A stretch of DNA of 64,000 bases from Squalus acanthias (taxonomy: Eukaryota), in the NCBI GenBank assembly GCA_030390025.1, contig CM059426.1, positions 196,478,001-196,542,000 of the forward strand, in the 5' to 3' direction. Both the position numbers and the translations under genes were made by a program. Under the pieces are notes generated by a model. It saw only the letters and a program-made list of their open reading frames with translations, did no database searches and was not told the DNA's origin. Position 1 is the first letter of the stretch. Every line of letters starts with the position of its first letter. This document shows positions 23,461 through 36,830 of this stretch, piece after piece.

Positions 23461-26071
23461 CCTAAATTACAACAGTGCTTAAGTGACTGTAAAGCACTTT
23501 GGAACATCCTGAGGTTGTGAAATGTGCTATATAAATGCAAGTCTTCCTTTCTTCTGTTACAAAGGGCATAGACATTATGCCACTGTTATATTGTTTTGTG
23601 GGGTGGTGGGTGGCATTATGAATTAGATTCATTGAAAAATGCCACCAAATTTGTGCTAGCCATTTTACAAAGTACACATAAAGCAATACTCCTGTTTTCC
23701 TCCGGAACTCAAGAGTGTCGCTGCTCATGCAGAGCTACTTAGGTGCCACTTCAAAGTGTTGTGCTTGCACAGTGCCACGCTGAGCTTCAGCGTAAAGCAA
23801 ATCAAAGCACGCGCATGGCCTTTTCACGTGGCAACATGCATTTAAATCTAAAAGGTGTGAGTCACTGGCCTAGTGGAGGTAAGGGGCACCAGACTCAGTC
23901 TGACAGTGGTTTAATTCTGTCAGTTCCAGCTATTATGCTGGAGCCAACTCTGGTATCAAGGTTCTTACTAAGTTGTGCATCGCTAGTGGCTTGGAGTATG
24001 ACAATTTCTGAACTAAATTTGCACGGCCACAAATATTGCATCACAATGACTATATACATATATATATATATACAAATTACTTCATTTACAGCATACAGGT
24101 GCTGGAATTCAGCAATACATGCCGATGTACAGTAACAGATAGAACAGAATAGCCACCTTGTATGTATTGTAATGTTGGAAGGCAAGCTTAAAAGACTAAG
24201 CTTACTGGAGACTATTCATTCAAAGGGAATCCAATTTCAAAGGAGATCATTTAGAATGGAAAATCATAGTTGCCTAAGTTGACATGGGCCTGTAGAAGGA
24301 TCATATTCTGTTAGGCTATTCTTTAAGTGACAATTCAAGCATATTAGAGGTGGGAATTACGATGCTGTTATTTGAACAATTACTGATCGAAGCACTCATT
24401 TGGAGATCTACCTACTCTAATTGAAGTATCCATATGGAATTCTCCCTACTCTAATGCAACAGGGACCTCATTTTCATATAAAATAAACTGATGACCAACA
24501 CCTTTAGTGGTATTTCTATTGTGAAATATTAATTGTATTAAGTGATTCAGTGTTTAGAAATACTAACATCTGATCTGCAGAATCTAAGAATGTAATAAAT
24601 AACTAAATTTCCCCACTTGTGAACGAACAGATCAATTCCATTCGAAACACATGCAATCGTTTACTGATATTGTATTTGCCATTTCAATTGCCAGCCAGAA
24701 TTATAAGCACATAACAACATTTTGTTCACTGTTTATAATCATTGTTAACTCATGTACATTATGTAAAAGAATACTTGGGTATGATTCATGGTGGCCCCTG
24801 AACCATGAAAATGTCACGTCAAAGAGGTGTTTTATGTTTCAAAAAATACAAAGGAAATTGCTTCAAAGAATTACTGTTCCAAGCTATGTTCATTATAAGC
24901 AATGGTAGAACTTGCAGTCATCACAGCAGGAGAAGTTACTAACTGACTCTCTTGCAGCTCAGACTTGAGTTCTAATTACCAGCCAACGTGACATTTCACT
25001 TATTTAACTCCATTGTAATAATTACTTGGTGAAATTTTTTAAAATCACACATTCACAATATTGACGTGTATTTGACAGTTTGCTCTACTTTCGCCTTAGT
25101 AAAACTAAAATAAAACAGAAACTGATATTATTTTCAACCACGACATGAGTTGTAAATAGAAACAGAATGCGTCGCAGTGAAGTATGTTTTTTATTTCCAC
25201 TCACACGGCAGCCTGTAAACTCATTTGCAACTTCGTCTCTCATGAATTATTCATTCCGTCGCATCGTGGAAAAAGCATCTATTTTGTAAGAAGATGATCA
25301 GCATTCTCTATTCATTGATAAATTCCAGGATTAACTATTTTATTCATCTGAGAAAATAGAACATCCCTCTTTGCAACCTTTGCGCTCTGAAACATATAGC
25401 AGGGATTGTGTGACTATGTTTGAAATACTTTTAAAAAGCTACATTTATAATGAATACACTTGGGAAGTAAGAGGCAGAGATAACAGCAGTGGAGTCTGTG
25501 AAGAATGTGACCTATTCAAAAGTGTGGTGCCATCCCACCTACTGGGAATAACCCAATCATTCTCTGAATGAAATCTCAATACTTTAGTGTTCAACAATCA
25601 GCAAATCTAGCAGACATTTTCCTGAATGTGGAATATCAAAACCAAATTCAGAAGATTGTTCAGGAATCAATACCAGTAGTATATTTTGCCATCGCCGTAC
25701 AGTAAAAAGAAATAAAACATTGGCTTACAGCGCTGATTTTATAATATTTTCATACTTACATCCGCAGAGTACCTTTGAAAAACTTTGATTGTTTAGTGTG
25801 ATCGAGAGTCACTTGATATTTGATGCAATTCTTCAGTCCATATATCTTGCATCACTTTTGGAGTCAGCTCAAAGGGGAATTGGGGTATTTTCAACGACAA
25901 CAGCTTGCATTTATATAGCGCCTTTAACGTAGTAGAACGTCCCAAGACGCTTCACAGGAGCGTTATCAAACAAAGTTCGGCACCAAGCCACGTAAAGAGA
26001 TATTAGGACAGGTGATCCAAAGCTTGGCCAATGAGGTAGGTTTTTAACAAGGTCTGACTTCTCCCTTTACT

Positions 26072-26113
26072 TCACCTGAGGAAGGGGCGATCGATAGCTC
26101 CGAAAGCTTGTGA
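26072..26113 (+). ncRNA. Minimal hammerhead ribozyme motif in Penelope-like fragment about 26050-26166
   Basis: UCAC-CUGAGGA-A-GGGGC gaucgaua GCUCC-GAA-AGCU-U-GUGA. Confidence 0.7.
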
Positions 26114-29100
26114 TTTCAAATAAAACTGTTGGACTATAACCTGGTGTTGTGCGACTTCTCATTTTTCTCCCTTATAGATCATTTAGCAGTTCAAATTGCA
26201 TTAGAAATATTAATTTATAATAGTAGCGGAGTCTTGCTTACAGATTAGCAAAAGAGCACAGGACTGAATAAATAATGATTATTTTTGCCTCATCTTCATT
26301 GGCTCCTAATGTGATAAAATACAATAGATGATTAAGCTGAAGATTAGAAACTAAAACATTACCTAACCTCAACTTCTAGAACTCATTTTATATCGTAAAA
26401 TATTATTCTGATATTTGGTTGGAAGTCACCCTGTTCAATAATTCTTAAGCAGTTGTTCATGAAGGTGAGGTGAGTGTGGAATGGCATCTTACTCCAAAAT
26501 GTGGCAGGTAGATGTCTGGCAGTACTAACATGGCTTTACCATACTGTGCAATATACCAGAACTTTTCACGCCAATCATCCCCTGTCACCTCTCTCAGTGA
26601 GAATACCAATTTATAGGTTTAATTTCCTCTGTGTGCTATTTTTAGCACACCGATTCAAATTTTCACATAAATTCCTATCTGTAAAATTTTAATGCACTAT
26701 AATAAATGAGGAAATATTAAAAGAGCACAGACAAGTATCTATTCAAGTGCATTAATCAGTGGACTAAAAAAGTAAACTAATCTAATTTATGCCAGACTGT
26801 GCCAAATTTTAAGCACTTTTGTGCTAGGGGAAAGTCCCACTAGAAGCTAGAATGAGACTGTTCAAACTCATTTTACATAGGACTCATACTGCCAAGAGAG
26901 TGTCTGGGCTGGACTCAAACCTAGATCCCATAGGCAAGACTATGCTAACCACTCTGTTACTGATCCTTTCTCCTCTGATTTCTTTATTCTCTTACCATTT
27001 TCTTTCTTTTTTTGCCTTATCTTTCTATTTACTTCTTTGATGCATGTTTTTATACATATACAACAGGGCAGATGGTGTAAATAAAAATTCCTTGTTGCAG
27101 CTGGCATGGTGCAGTGTAAACCTGTAGGCACCTTTGTACGGCTGTTAAGACTCCTGCTTCATATTCAACTGAATCATTACCATTACCATCATCATTATCA
27201 TTTCCTCAGCATGTGTTTGCACAAAGGGTCTCCAGGAGAGGAGCCCACCTCTTTGATCCATTGCCAAAATTCCAGCCTGTGCTACCAAATGAGTTTTACT
27301 GAATCAAACTTGTGAAGATGTCTACTGGAGGGCCATGGAATGCCCATCAGTGCAGTGAAAATGTCTTAACTTCGGCGATCAAAGAGCTCCAAGTATGCAG
27401 CAGCAGTATCTCCACAAACTCAAATGTTTTTGTGCACAAAGCTTCCCACAGGAATACTACAATGGGCAGACAACCAGAGACTTACTACAGCAAGAACATG
27501 GTAATATCAGAATGAGAAAGATAACGCAGTCTATGCCGCTCATTCTATCAACCAAGTCCTGTCCCGAGGCCTGATCTAATAGTTTTTCATCTTTTCTTCC
27601 CAGGAGACATATATCCATTCAATATTTTCACATTCTCTGTAATAATTGTTCAAACTAACCTGAATACCAGATAAAGGAACTATAAGCTAAAGGAAGAATA
27701 ATTATTTTGCACCATCAAAATTAGTATGAAGTCATAAAGCTGAACATCTTTTTGTAGTTTTGTTCTAGTGCAAGTACATTCTTCCAGATATGGACAACCC
27801 AAACTCTCTGCGAAACTGTGCATTTACGTGTCCTACTATGTTTAATCCCCAGACCCATGGAGCAATTACTGTGGAAGTTCGATGTTACAAGTTGCATATT
27901 CTTTCGGAATCCTGTTGTGGCTTAGCAGTGTGCTCATTGCACAAACATATGCATGCAATCTACTTAACCAGCTGATTTTTTTTTTTACTTAAATGTTCAA
28001 ACCTGTGATAAGAACAAATACACTGTGGCATTCCTGTGGATTTAGAACTGCAGTTATTCCATTTGTGAAGTTAACCATTATTAGTCTAACTGATTTAAAG
28101 AAACTGCTGCTCACTGAATCACTGGTACTCTGCTATCCTACTTAATGGAACACTTACTATCCAAAACATTGATTAAATATTCTGCAGTGCTTGCTATATC
28201 ATTGGTAAATGTGTTCTGATCTCCTTTCCTACTCTTCAGTCTTTTTATAGACAAACGTTTATGTATCATAATTTGTCATTCTCGATGTCTGTCAATGCAA
28301 TAGCTGATCAGTGATACAGAATTAAAAGTTGTCTTCATATTGCATCAGTGGATCCTAGTGAATCAAGAAATTCTGGATAAGTTGCTATAAAGTTCTGGTG
28401 AAATATAGATCACTTCTACACTGTTCCGACAAATATATGTAAGTGCATGACTTCAGTGTAGCAGCTCCTACAGCACCAACATAAAGTTTCATTTGAATTA
28501 TCTATCCTTATGACCATTATTATGAGTCATTCTGAATTAAATTGCCAAATAAGCATAAGGGTAGCAGGGAGACTGGTGCAGAGTATATTAGTTTGCTGTG
28601 TTTTCACCTCTGGCATGTAGGTTCGAATTTTGCCAGACTGATGAGGCAAAGGTCTTGCTATGCAAGTTTCAACCCAGTTCCAAAGTGTAATGCACAATTC
28701 AAATCTGCCCTTAAATGACAGCCTTACGCAGAAATGGTGGAGGAACGGCTGTTGTGGCAAATTGAAATCTCATAAGCTGATATAGTAGAGTAGAGCGAGT
28801 TTTACTCTGTAGCTAGCTGGGAGTTCTTAAAGGTGGCATTGGGTGCCTAAAATTGGAAATTGTTCTATTTGTTATATTGGCTCACTTGCAAAGACCATGA
28901 ATGCAAAAAGGGTACGAATTTAGAAATTTTGGAGGTTTTACCTTTAGAACAAGAATACTTCAGATATCCATGAAACCAAAGCAGAAGATCTGATCCATGT
29001 CACAATTAGTCTGCCTAAGTATCCCTAGACTAGCAAAGAGCACAGACAAATCCTCCCTCACTATACCATAAGGGACTAAAGCTGCAAACTGACTTGGACA

Positions 29101-29779
29101 CCAGTAGGGATCTGTTATAGACACCACTACTCACCAAGCATTTGCTTCCTGTTCCATTATAGAAACTCCTGGATGGAGAATTAATCTGTGCTGCACGTAA
29201 GGCTGCAATGGATTAGATCCCACTTCACATATTCAAGACAATGGTGTGAATAACTTTGTATAAAAAGATAAATGTTCTGCCGGTGAACTTTTATTATGCT
29301 AAACACAAACATTTGAAACATACTTGTGTTTAATCTTCACCAGATTACATATTGATCCTAAAGTCCTGCTTAATTCTTTGGAGTAATAAAATTTGGGAAA
29401 ATCTCTGCAGTTTCTAAAGCAACATTGGATCAAAGAAAAGTAAGGATCCAATACAAGGGAATCTGAAACTGTATTAAATTCATACTTGTTTAACACATTC
29501 CTTGTTTCTTTGGTGCTACTCAATACTTTCGGAACTTAGATTTTATCAACTGCTCACTAAATATGTCCATCACTTTAGGATTATTTAATAACCAGAACAA
29601 ATTATAATTATTACGTAGCTTTTATATAAATCATCTGATCAAAGGAAAAGAACAGAATTGTTTAATAGCCACAAAAAACTGTAAACGTAAAGTCACATTA
29701 AAATTCTTCTCTATAACTCTACTTTTGTGTTTGAATTGGCTGTGAGGCTCCTAAGAACTGTACTGACATTATGCTTTCC

Positions 29780-30012
29780 ACCCCTCACAGACCTTCCCTT
29801 TAGTTCTTTCCTCCCCTCCCCACCCCTTTCCTTGCCCCTGCACTTGCTTAAAATCTGTCAGATCTCTAACTTTTTCCAGTTCTGACAGAAGTTCATCGAC
29901 CTGAAACATTAACTCTGTTTCTCTCTCCACAGATGCTGCCTGACCTGCTGAGTATCTCCAGCATTTTCTGTTTTGATTTCAGATTTCCAGCATCCGCAGT
30001 ATTTTGCTTTTG
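29780..30012 (+). mobile_element. Second Penelope-like family with a degenerate hammerhead; relatives at 36155-36300, 54515-54612 and 14950-15080
   Basis: agttCTGAcagaagttcatcgacctGAAAcattaact followed by ctctctccacagatgctgcctgacctgctgag; multicopy. Confidence 0.6.
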
Positions 30013-30204
30013 ACATTATGGTAACTCCATTTAACTTGTTCTCATGTGTTGTTAATACTTGATGAGTCATCATATAATAAATGTCGAGCAACTATTAGAA
30101 TTTATGCATTTTCTAAATTTTTCAGCACAATATTAGAAAAACAAAATTGTGTATGTTCCACCAAAAGGTCATCAGGACACATGTACACATGTTCTGCTTC
30201 TAAA

Positions 30205-30393
30205 CTGCCAGGGATCAGGTACCACAATGTTGCAAGGTATCAGATATTGCCAGTACACTGCCTGAGGTCTGATACCCCGCCCCAATGCATGGAATCATAT
30301 AGCCATAGTACACTGTAAAGGATCATACACCTCCACTAGGCTGCCAGGGATCGGGCACCTTAATTAGACTGCTCGAGATCTGACACTGCTCCC
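30205..30393. repeat. Degenerate minisatellite, about 28-bp period, 7 units
   Basis: Units start at 30205, 30230, 30258, 30285, 30313, 30341 and 30369; consensus approximately CTGCCAGGGATCAGAYACC plus a variable 9 nt. Confidence 0.6.
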
Positions 30394-31052
30394 TCGGCAC
30401 AACCACAAATTAGAAAAGCATATGGGAAAGGAAAAATAGTTATTGACAAGAATCAACAGCTACCTTCAGTGTCACACTCCATAAATATTGCAGAGATGGA
30501 GTCTTTGGTACTGGTGGCAGGACAGATTACAAATGTCAAAGGGAATTCTGTTCTTCTGCACATGGTCACCACGATATAACAAGGAAATTCCATTATACAT
30601 GCACACCGCAACTTTATTTTGAAGACACAGTTGTATCCAAATCCAAAGTCATTTGAATGGGGCTAAGTTCAGGTTTGTACATATAAAACAGAAATGATCC
30701 AGTTCAGTCATTTCAGAATCTCCACTCTCATCCCTGTTATACACCATTTATAGTGACAAACAAAAGCTTATGTTTATACCATTATAAACAAATCAGGCTA
30801 TCCATTCTGAATTGACACCTGAAATACCTATCAGCCCCCTGTCCTGATTGAGAATGCTGCTAATGTAAACTCGGTGCTATTTTCCTTTTTTGACTCCCCA
30901 CTGAGCTCTTAAACAAAATCTACACTTGCACCCGTTTACTCCTGGCCTGCCCGCCACCACCTTTCTTTCCATGTAGTGTTGATTTTTCTATTCTGCTGCT
31001 CTAGTAAGTAATATATCAAGGCAAAAAAGTGATAAATGTATGGCATGGACAT

Positions 31053-31470
31053 GAAAGAAAAACTTGAATTTATATAGCGCCTTTCATGACTACTGGATGT
31101 CCCAAAGTGCTTTACAGCCAATGAAGTACTTTTTGAAATGTAGTTACTGTGTAATGTAGGAAACGCAGCAGCCAATTTGTGCACAGCAAACTCCCACAAA
31201 CAGCAATGTGATAATGACCAGATAATCTGTTTTTAGTGATGTTGATTGAGGGATAAACATTGGCCAGGATACCGGGGATAACTCTGCTGCTCTTCTTCGA
31301 AATAGTGCCATGGGATCTTTTACGTCCACCTGAGAGAGTAGACGGGGCCTCAGTTTAAAAATATCATCTGAAAGATGGCACCTCCGACAGTGCAGCACTC
31401 CCTCAGCACTGCACTGGAGTGTCAGTCTAGATTTTTGTGCTCAAGTCTCTGGAGTGGGACTTGAACCCAC

Positions 31471-31508
<38 letters not shown>

Positions 31509-31521
31509 TCACTGGCTGACA
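31053..31521 (-). mobile_element. Deu-domain SINE, full length
   Basis: Same family. Shorter tail relics at about 31878-32010, 34335-34395 and 35345-35440. Confidence 0.85.
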
Positions 31522-34500
31522 CTTTGGACATGTGCAATATGTGCATCACACAGCATGAATATATGCATATTAATCTAAAATGTAATCTTCTATAATTTGC
31601 CACATTGTGATGATGCAGTTAAAGAAGAAAGAATTTGCATTTATACAGTTTCACACAATGCTGTGCCATTATTGTTAAACTTCAAAGGCATACACAGGTT
31701 TGCTTAAATATGCACTCCACTCTGAGAAGACAGCATAATCACTGTGAGTAAAATGAATCCAAACCTGTAGTTTTGCCATGTACTGTCCCAGATGTGAAGC
31801 CAGAGTCTATCAGTATAATTGATGCCATTTGAAATGAAGCAATATCTTGTCTGTACTTTAGGAATAAGGCTTAAGGAAGGCTTGCATTTATATAGTGCCT
31901 TATCATGTCTCTCAGAAATGTCTGAAAGTACTCACACACAATGAACTATATTAAGACTGCTATTATGTAGGCAAATGGGCAGCTATTCTTCAAGCAGCAT
32001 TGAGATAATGTTAAGATGCATTTACCATAATTGAACTTCTGAGAATATTATAATTGGATGATAGAGCATCAAATGATGAACTGTTCGGATTGATAGCCCC
32101 CCGTGTTTTGATTATCTTTGCTAAATGATTATATTCAAGGGAAGTACTCTCTTAACTGTCTCCTTTTTTCACCTTTCAGCCAGAGGATAGCTCGATACCA
32201 TGCCCTGATTGGAAGGTAATGTTTAGTTTGGAGCATAATTTTATTCAAACTATTATTTAATGAAAGATTTTTATTTTCAAAAAATACAATGAATAACCAA
32301 AAGAAGGGAAAGATATACAGAATGTTAGATTTTTGAGCTGCTTGAGAAGAATGTGTGGGAGCAAGTCGGGCAGCTGTCCCGCACACCTTTAAACCCCATG
32401 TGTGTTGCACATAATTATCTTGTAACAAACACAGCCTTCGGGGTCACCTTTAATGTTTAATGTTCTTTTTTGTTCTGCAGAAGCTTTCTCGGGCAGTTCG
32501 AACTGGACGGCTAATAAGATCCAGACCCAAGAAGGGCAGTCCCTTATTATAACTGGTAATAGGTACATTCGTGCTAATACAGCAGACAGTAAATCACCGA
32601 TTCTGAATGTATGTAAGCTTCAGACAGATCCCCCCCACCCCTCCCTTTTGCACCTACTATTAATAATGATATGGAAGTAACATGCACTGTCACGGGGCTG
32701 ACATAAATTGGGCACTGTCATATTTTAGGAGAATAAGGTACGTATACAAAACTGCCCTGCATCAAAACTTCTTCCAGTGCCCCAAGCTCCAAAATAGTTG
32801 CATTGAATGTAGGACCTCACCGAGATAGAAATCGGTTTCCTAAAGGTACTTTCCCTCATTATTTGTAAACACTTTGGCATTGATCGCAAATGATATATGT
32901 ACGCAGGCATGTCTTGTAGGTTTGGTGACGGGTTGCTCCTGTCCGGTGCTGAGTTGGGAACAGAATGTGAGGGTGAGCGAAAAGAAACATAATCGATATG
33001 TCGGAGCATCGCATTTGTATAAAGAAGAAATCAGGAGGGAATTTCCGAGGGATGACTGGAGGAATATTGTTTGTGCGTGAATGAAGACTGCCAGTCTCCG
33101 GATTCCGTTTTACATTTAGTAATATAGATGTCGAGTAAGAGCCGTGTCAGTGACAGGCGGGAGGCGGTCACAGAAACCACAACTGTGTACACTGGGGGAC
33201 ATTACAGATGTGTCGCTGGGGGAGAATGAACTGTGCCTGTACAGTAAAGCGGTTTTTAAAAGTTTTTAACGCGCCATATATATTGCATATATTATATATA
33301 TAGATAAATACTAGTGACCGCTCAATAAACTGACAAATATGAGCATTTCGAAGCATCACTGTCAGTTTGATAGATAAGACTTTTATACCTGCCGAATATT
33401 CACAAACTCCCAATAATTGAATGTTATTACAGGCAGGCAAGTCAACCTCTCTGGCAGACTCCAGCCGAGCTTTGCTCAACTGAAGCAATTGTTTAGCAAC
33501 TTTGCATTAATAGATCTAATAATAGTAAGGGGATAAATCGTTATAGAATTTAGAATGGCGCTACTTAACAGGAAATTCGTTATTTTTTTGTGAACCGCGC
33601 AGATCATTTCTGGCATAAGTGGGCTACCAAATACTTGGTATTAGGGGGTGGGGGTGGAGGGGAGGGGGGAGGTGGAATTGTAGCCCCCAGTAAGGAAACG
33701 AAAAAATAGATGCAACCACTTGGCGGAAAGGGAGTGGAGGGACAAGTAGAGTTATGTATGTGCCCCTCCAACGCTCCAGATCCCAGCAGTGTCTCTGATG
33801 CTCCCCAACCCGTTGAACTGATTGCCCCCCTTGAACGAAAATAAACGAACTCCGGACGATATCCGCTTGAAGATGTTCAAACTATTATTCAGAGTTGCAT
33901 TATTTTAAATTATAAATATTCAGCGTGGTTTCTAATGCTCCAATAGTCAGGTGTACACTTGGCCAGAGAAAGTGCATTGGAAATCAATGACCTAAACCAG
34001 AGGGCGATGGCAGGCCGTTTCAATGATCTTTTGCATCTTTGAACTTCCTTATCTCAGACCCCAAGATGTACCGTATATTTTGCAAAGTTTGCAGCCGAGC
34101 ATACATCGATGACTAACTATAGAAAGGCTGTGTCTGTAACAGACACGTCCGGGAGATGTTTTCACAGGGTTTAGTATTTAATGGGAATCTTGATTTTGTT
34201 TTAATGTTGAAGGTCCGCACTATTCACCACATCGCATCGGTTTCTGAGTTACCAGCGTAAAAGAGAACCGTCTGCAATTACTTTTCAAATGGTTCACTAA
34301 TGTGTCGCCGGCCCAGCTGTTCCCAGAGCGATGACAACAACTTGAATTTATATAGTGCCTTTCACGTGGTGAAAACGTCCCAAGGCGGCTCTGAGAAATG
34401 GCAAAGACATATCGCAGCCTTTGGCGCATACGCCGCCCCAGTCTATCCGGGTTCAGTGGCGATTGAAAGCAAGCGAATGAATTTTCAGCAGTGAGCAGTT

Positions 34501-36399
34501 TCCACTGTCCGTTTGAGTGGACAAACATGTCTGGGCTGGGTGCGCTGCTGCATTATGTGGGAACATGTGTGGGTGTCTCAGGCCACTGATAGCTCTGGTA
34601 CATAGATGCAGTTTGGCGGAGTACTCGGTCCCTACAAAACTGGCTGGGGTCGAATTTCAGACATTTCTGACCTTAGATCCTTTTGGCGTTAACGTCTATC
34701 GATATGGCAACCAATGCCGCAATTTACAAGAGTCAGTTGAAAAAGGGCCAGAGTGATCTGATTAGCCCAGTGACAGAATGAGACGAGATTACAGTATTGA
34801 ACTGGCACCAAAGCACTCTTTTGCTCATCAAACCTTGAGATCCACTACTTTAAACATCATTGAAAGGCCCGACAGGTTAAAAAAAATCGCCACTTTAGGG
34901 CTCAATAAAAATCTCTGAAAATATATTTCATAGTCTATTTTCGTGTTGGGGTACATCAGATTCTGAGAGCTGCGCTGTAATTTAGCTCAGGGCTGGCAGT
35001 CCTTGTATCAAAAGTAAAGACATCTGCCACATGCTGAGCTAAATCTGGTTCTGTTTTATTTCTGTTGTATTAATTTTGATAGATTCCACCCTTTGCTCAC
35101 TTATATCGGCCCTGGTAAAGATCACATAGAAGAACAGGGATACAGGGAGGTGCGCGTCGCGTACAGACGCAGGGGGACAGAGTCCTGAACGTAGAGAGGC
35201 AGGGGTAATGAGACAAGGGACACTGGGCATAAATACATAAGGGCAACAGACAATGACACAGAAGCGCAGAGACACATGAGAAAAACCCAGGTGGAGGCAG
35301 AGACCTGGGAGCACGGAGAGAAGGATGCACCTCAAGGACAGAGAACATTTATAAAGCGCATTTCATAACTTCAGGACGTCTCAAAGCGCTTAACAGTCAA
35401 TGAAGTACTTGTGAAATGTAGTCACTGTTGTCGTGTAGATGGGCAAGTATCATTACTTATTTTACAAGATGACCGTTTGGGGACAGTGATGTTAATCGTT
35501 CTGTGACTTAGTATCTGTGATAGATTCATAAGCCAAGCCTTAATCGTTAAGGACAAAATATTATAACGTTTGTATAATAGACACATCGAAGTACCTTAAT
35601 CACATATCAGCAATTAATTCGATACATTGCCCAGAATATTCGTAATTTCTAATGAACAAAATATTAATGACGTTCTGAAAAGGCTTATTGTTTGTGCAGA
35701 CCTTTGAAAAACAAAACTCAATTCTATGTTAAAATATCCCATAGATCTTTTTGAGTGTTCCCTGTAATTTCAAATTCATGTTGCAATGTATGGGGACGGC
35801 GGGACGCGGCTATGCCGCGACACTAGATATAGCTTAAAACGTCGGGTATTTGCACAGCAAGAGACTTCCATTGGCTATCATAGAATGAATTGGTCCCATG
35901 GAACCAAGCAAGAATATTGCTTTATCGAGTCTATTGTATATGCATTTTGCTAAACTGCGAGTGTGCCTATGTGTTTCATAGAGATAAAACGATCTACCAA
36001 CGAGATTCTGTTTTTTAATTAAATAAAACTATAAGATTCCGAATAAATTTGAAATTCAATGAGTCAAAATAAAGTTTAAACTCCGTATGTTTTGGGGTGG
36101 GGAAAAGCTTATGTTAAAAAGTTTTGTGCTGTGAAGATTTGTAAACTCTCTCACTAAAAGCAAAATACTGCGAATGTTGGAAATCTGAAATAAAGGTTCT
36201 GATGCAAGGCCATCGACCTGAAACTTTAACTGTTTCTCTCTCCACAGACGCTGCCTGACCCGCTGAGTATTTCCAGTATTTTCTGTGTTTATTTTAGACT
36301 ATCTCATTTTCTATCTAAAGTTTCTTATAGTCCTGGGGTATAATGGCGGTTGTTTGCCCGAATTCTAAGATTGGAGGCGATATTGCACATTATTAGCAA

Positions 36400-36830
36400 A
36401 AAGATAGAGGTCACGTCAAAAGAGATTGTATGGTTGCTGTCGAAGAAGTTGGTTAGACCACATCTGGGGTACATTTGGCCACCTGAGGGGTACAGAGGTA
36501 AGCAATGAAGTAATTCTGGGTAAGAGTGATCATGAAGGTATCAGGATTCATGAGGAGAGGAGAGACAAGTCGTGCTTGCTTTCTTTGCAAACGGACTTGA
36601 AGTTTTCAAGATAATGGAGAACGTTGACAAAACTGATCAGGGAACATAAGTTAAACATTAGGATATTAAAAGAGAGAAGGCAGGCGGAACAGTTTCACTC
36701 AAAGGATAATGAAGTTGTGGAATCAATAACCAGGGAAAGCCTTTGAAGCGTAAATGCTTGAAATCATCATTAGGTGCATTTTTGGGTGAGGGTTAGGGTG
36801 AGGGTTAGAGCGGGGATATAGCGAGAAGGC
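36400..36830 (+). mobile_element. Old CR1 fragment
   Basis: ttggttagaccacatctggggtac (LVRPHL-Y) and aagttgtggaatcaataaccagg (LWN-LP-like), both degenerate. Confidence 0.55.

Larger units (their letters stand above)
22882..23554 (+). mobile_element. Deu-domain SINE with a nested Penelope palindrome
   Basis: Same family; interrupted at 23249-23460. Confidence 0.85.

Noticed and set aside
30205-30393. CRISPR-like array
   Set aside because: The context is a vertebrate genome, the repeats are degenerate, the linkers are only about 9 nt, and there are no cas genes.
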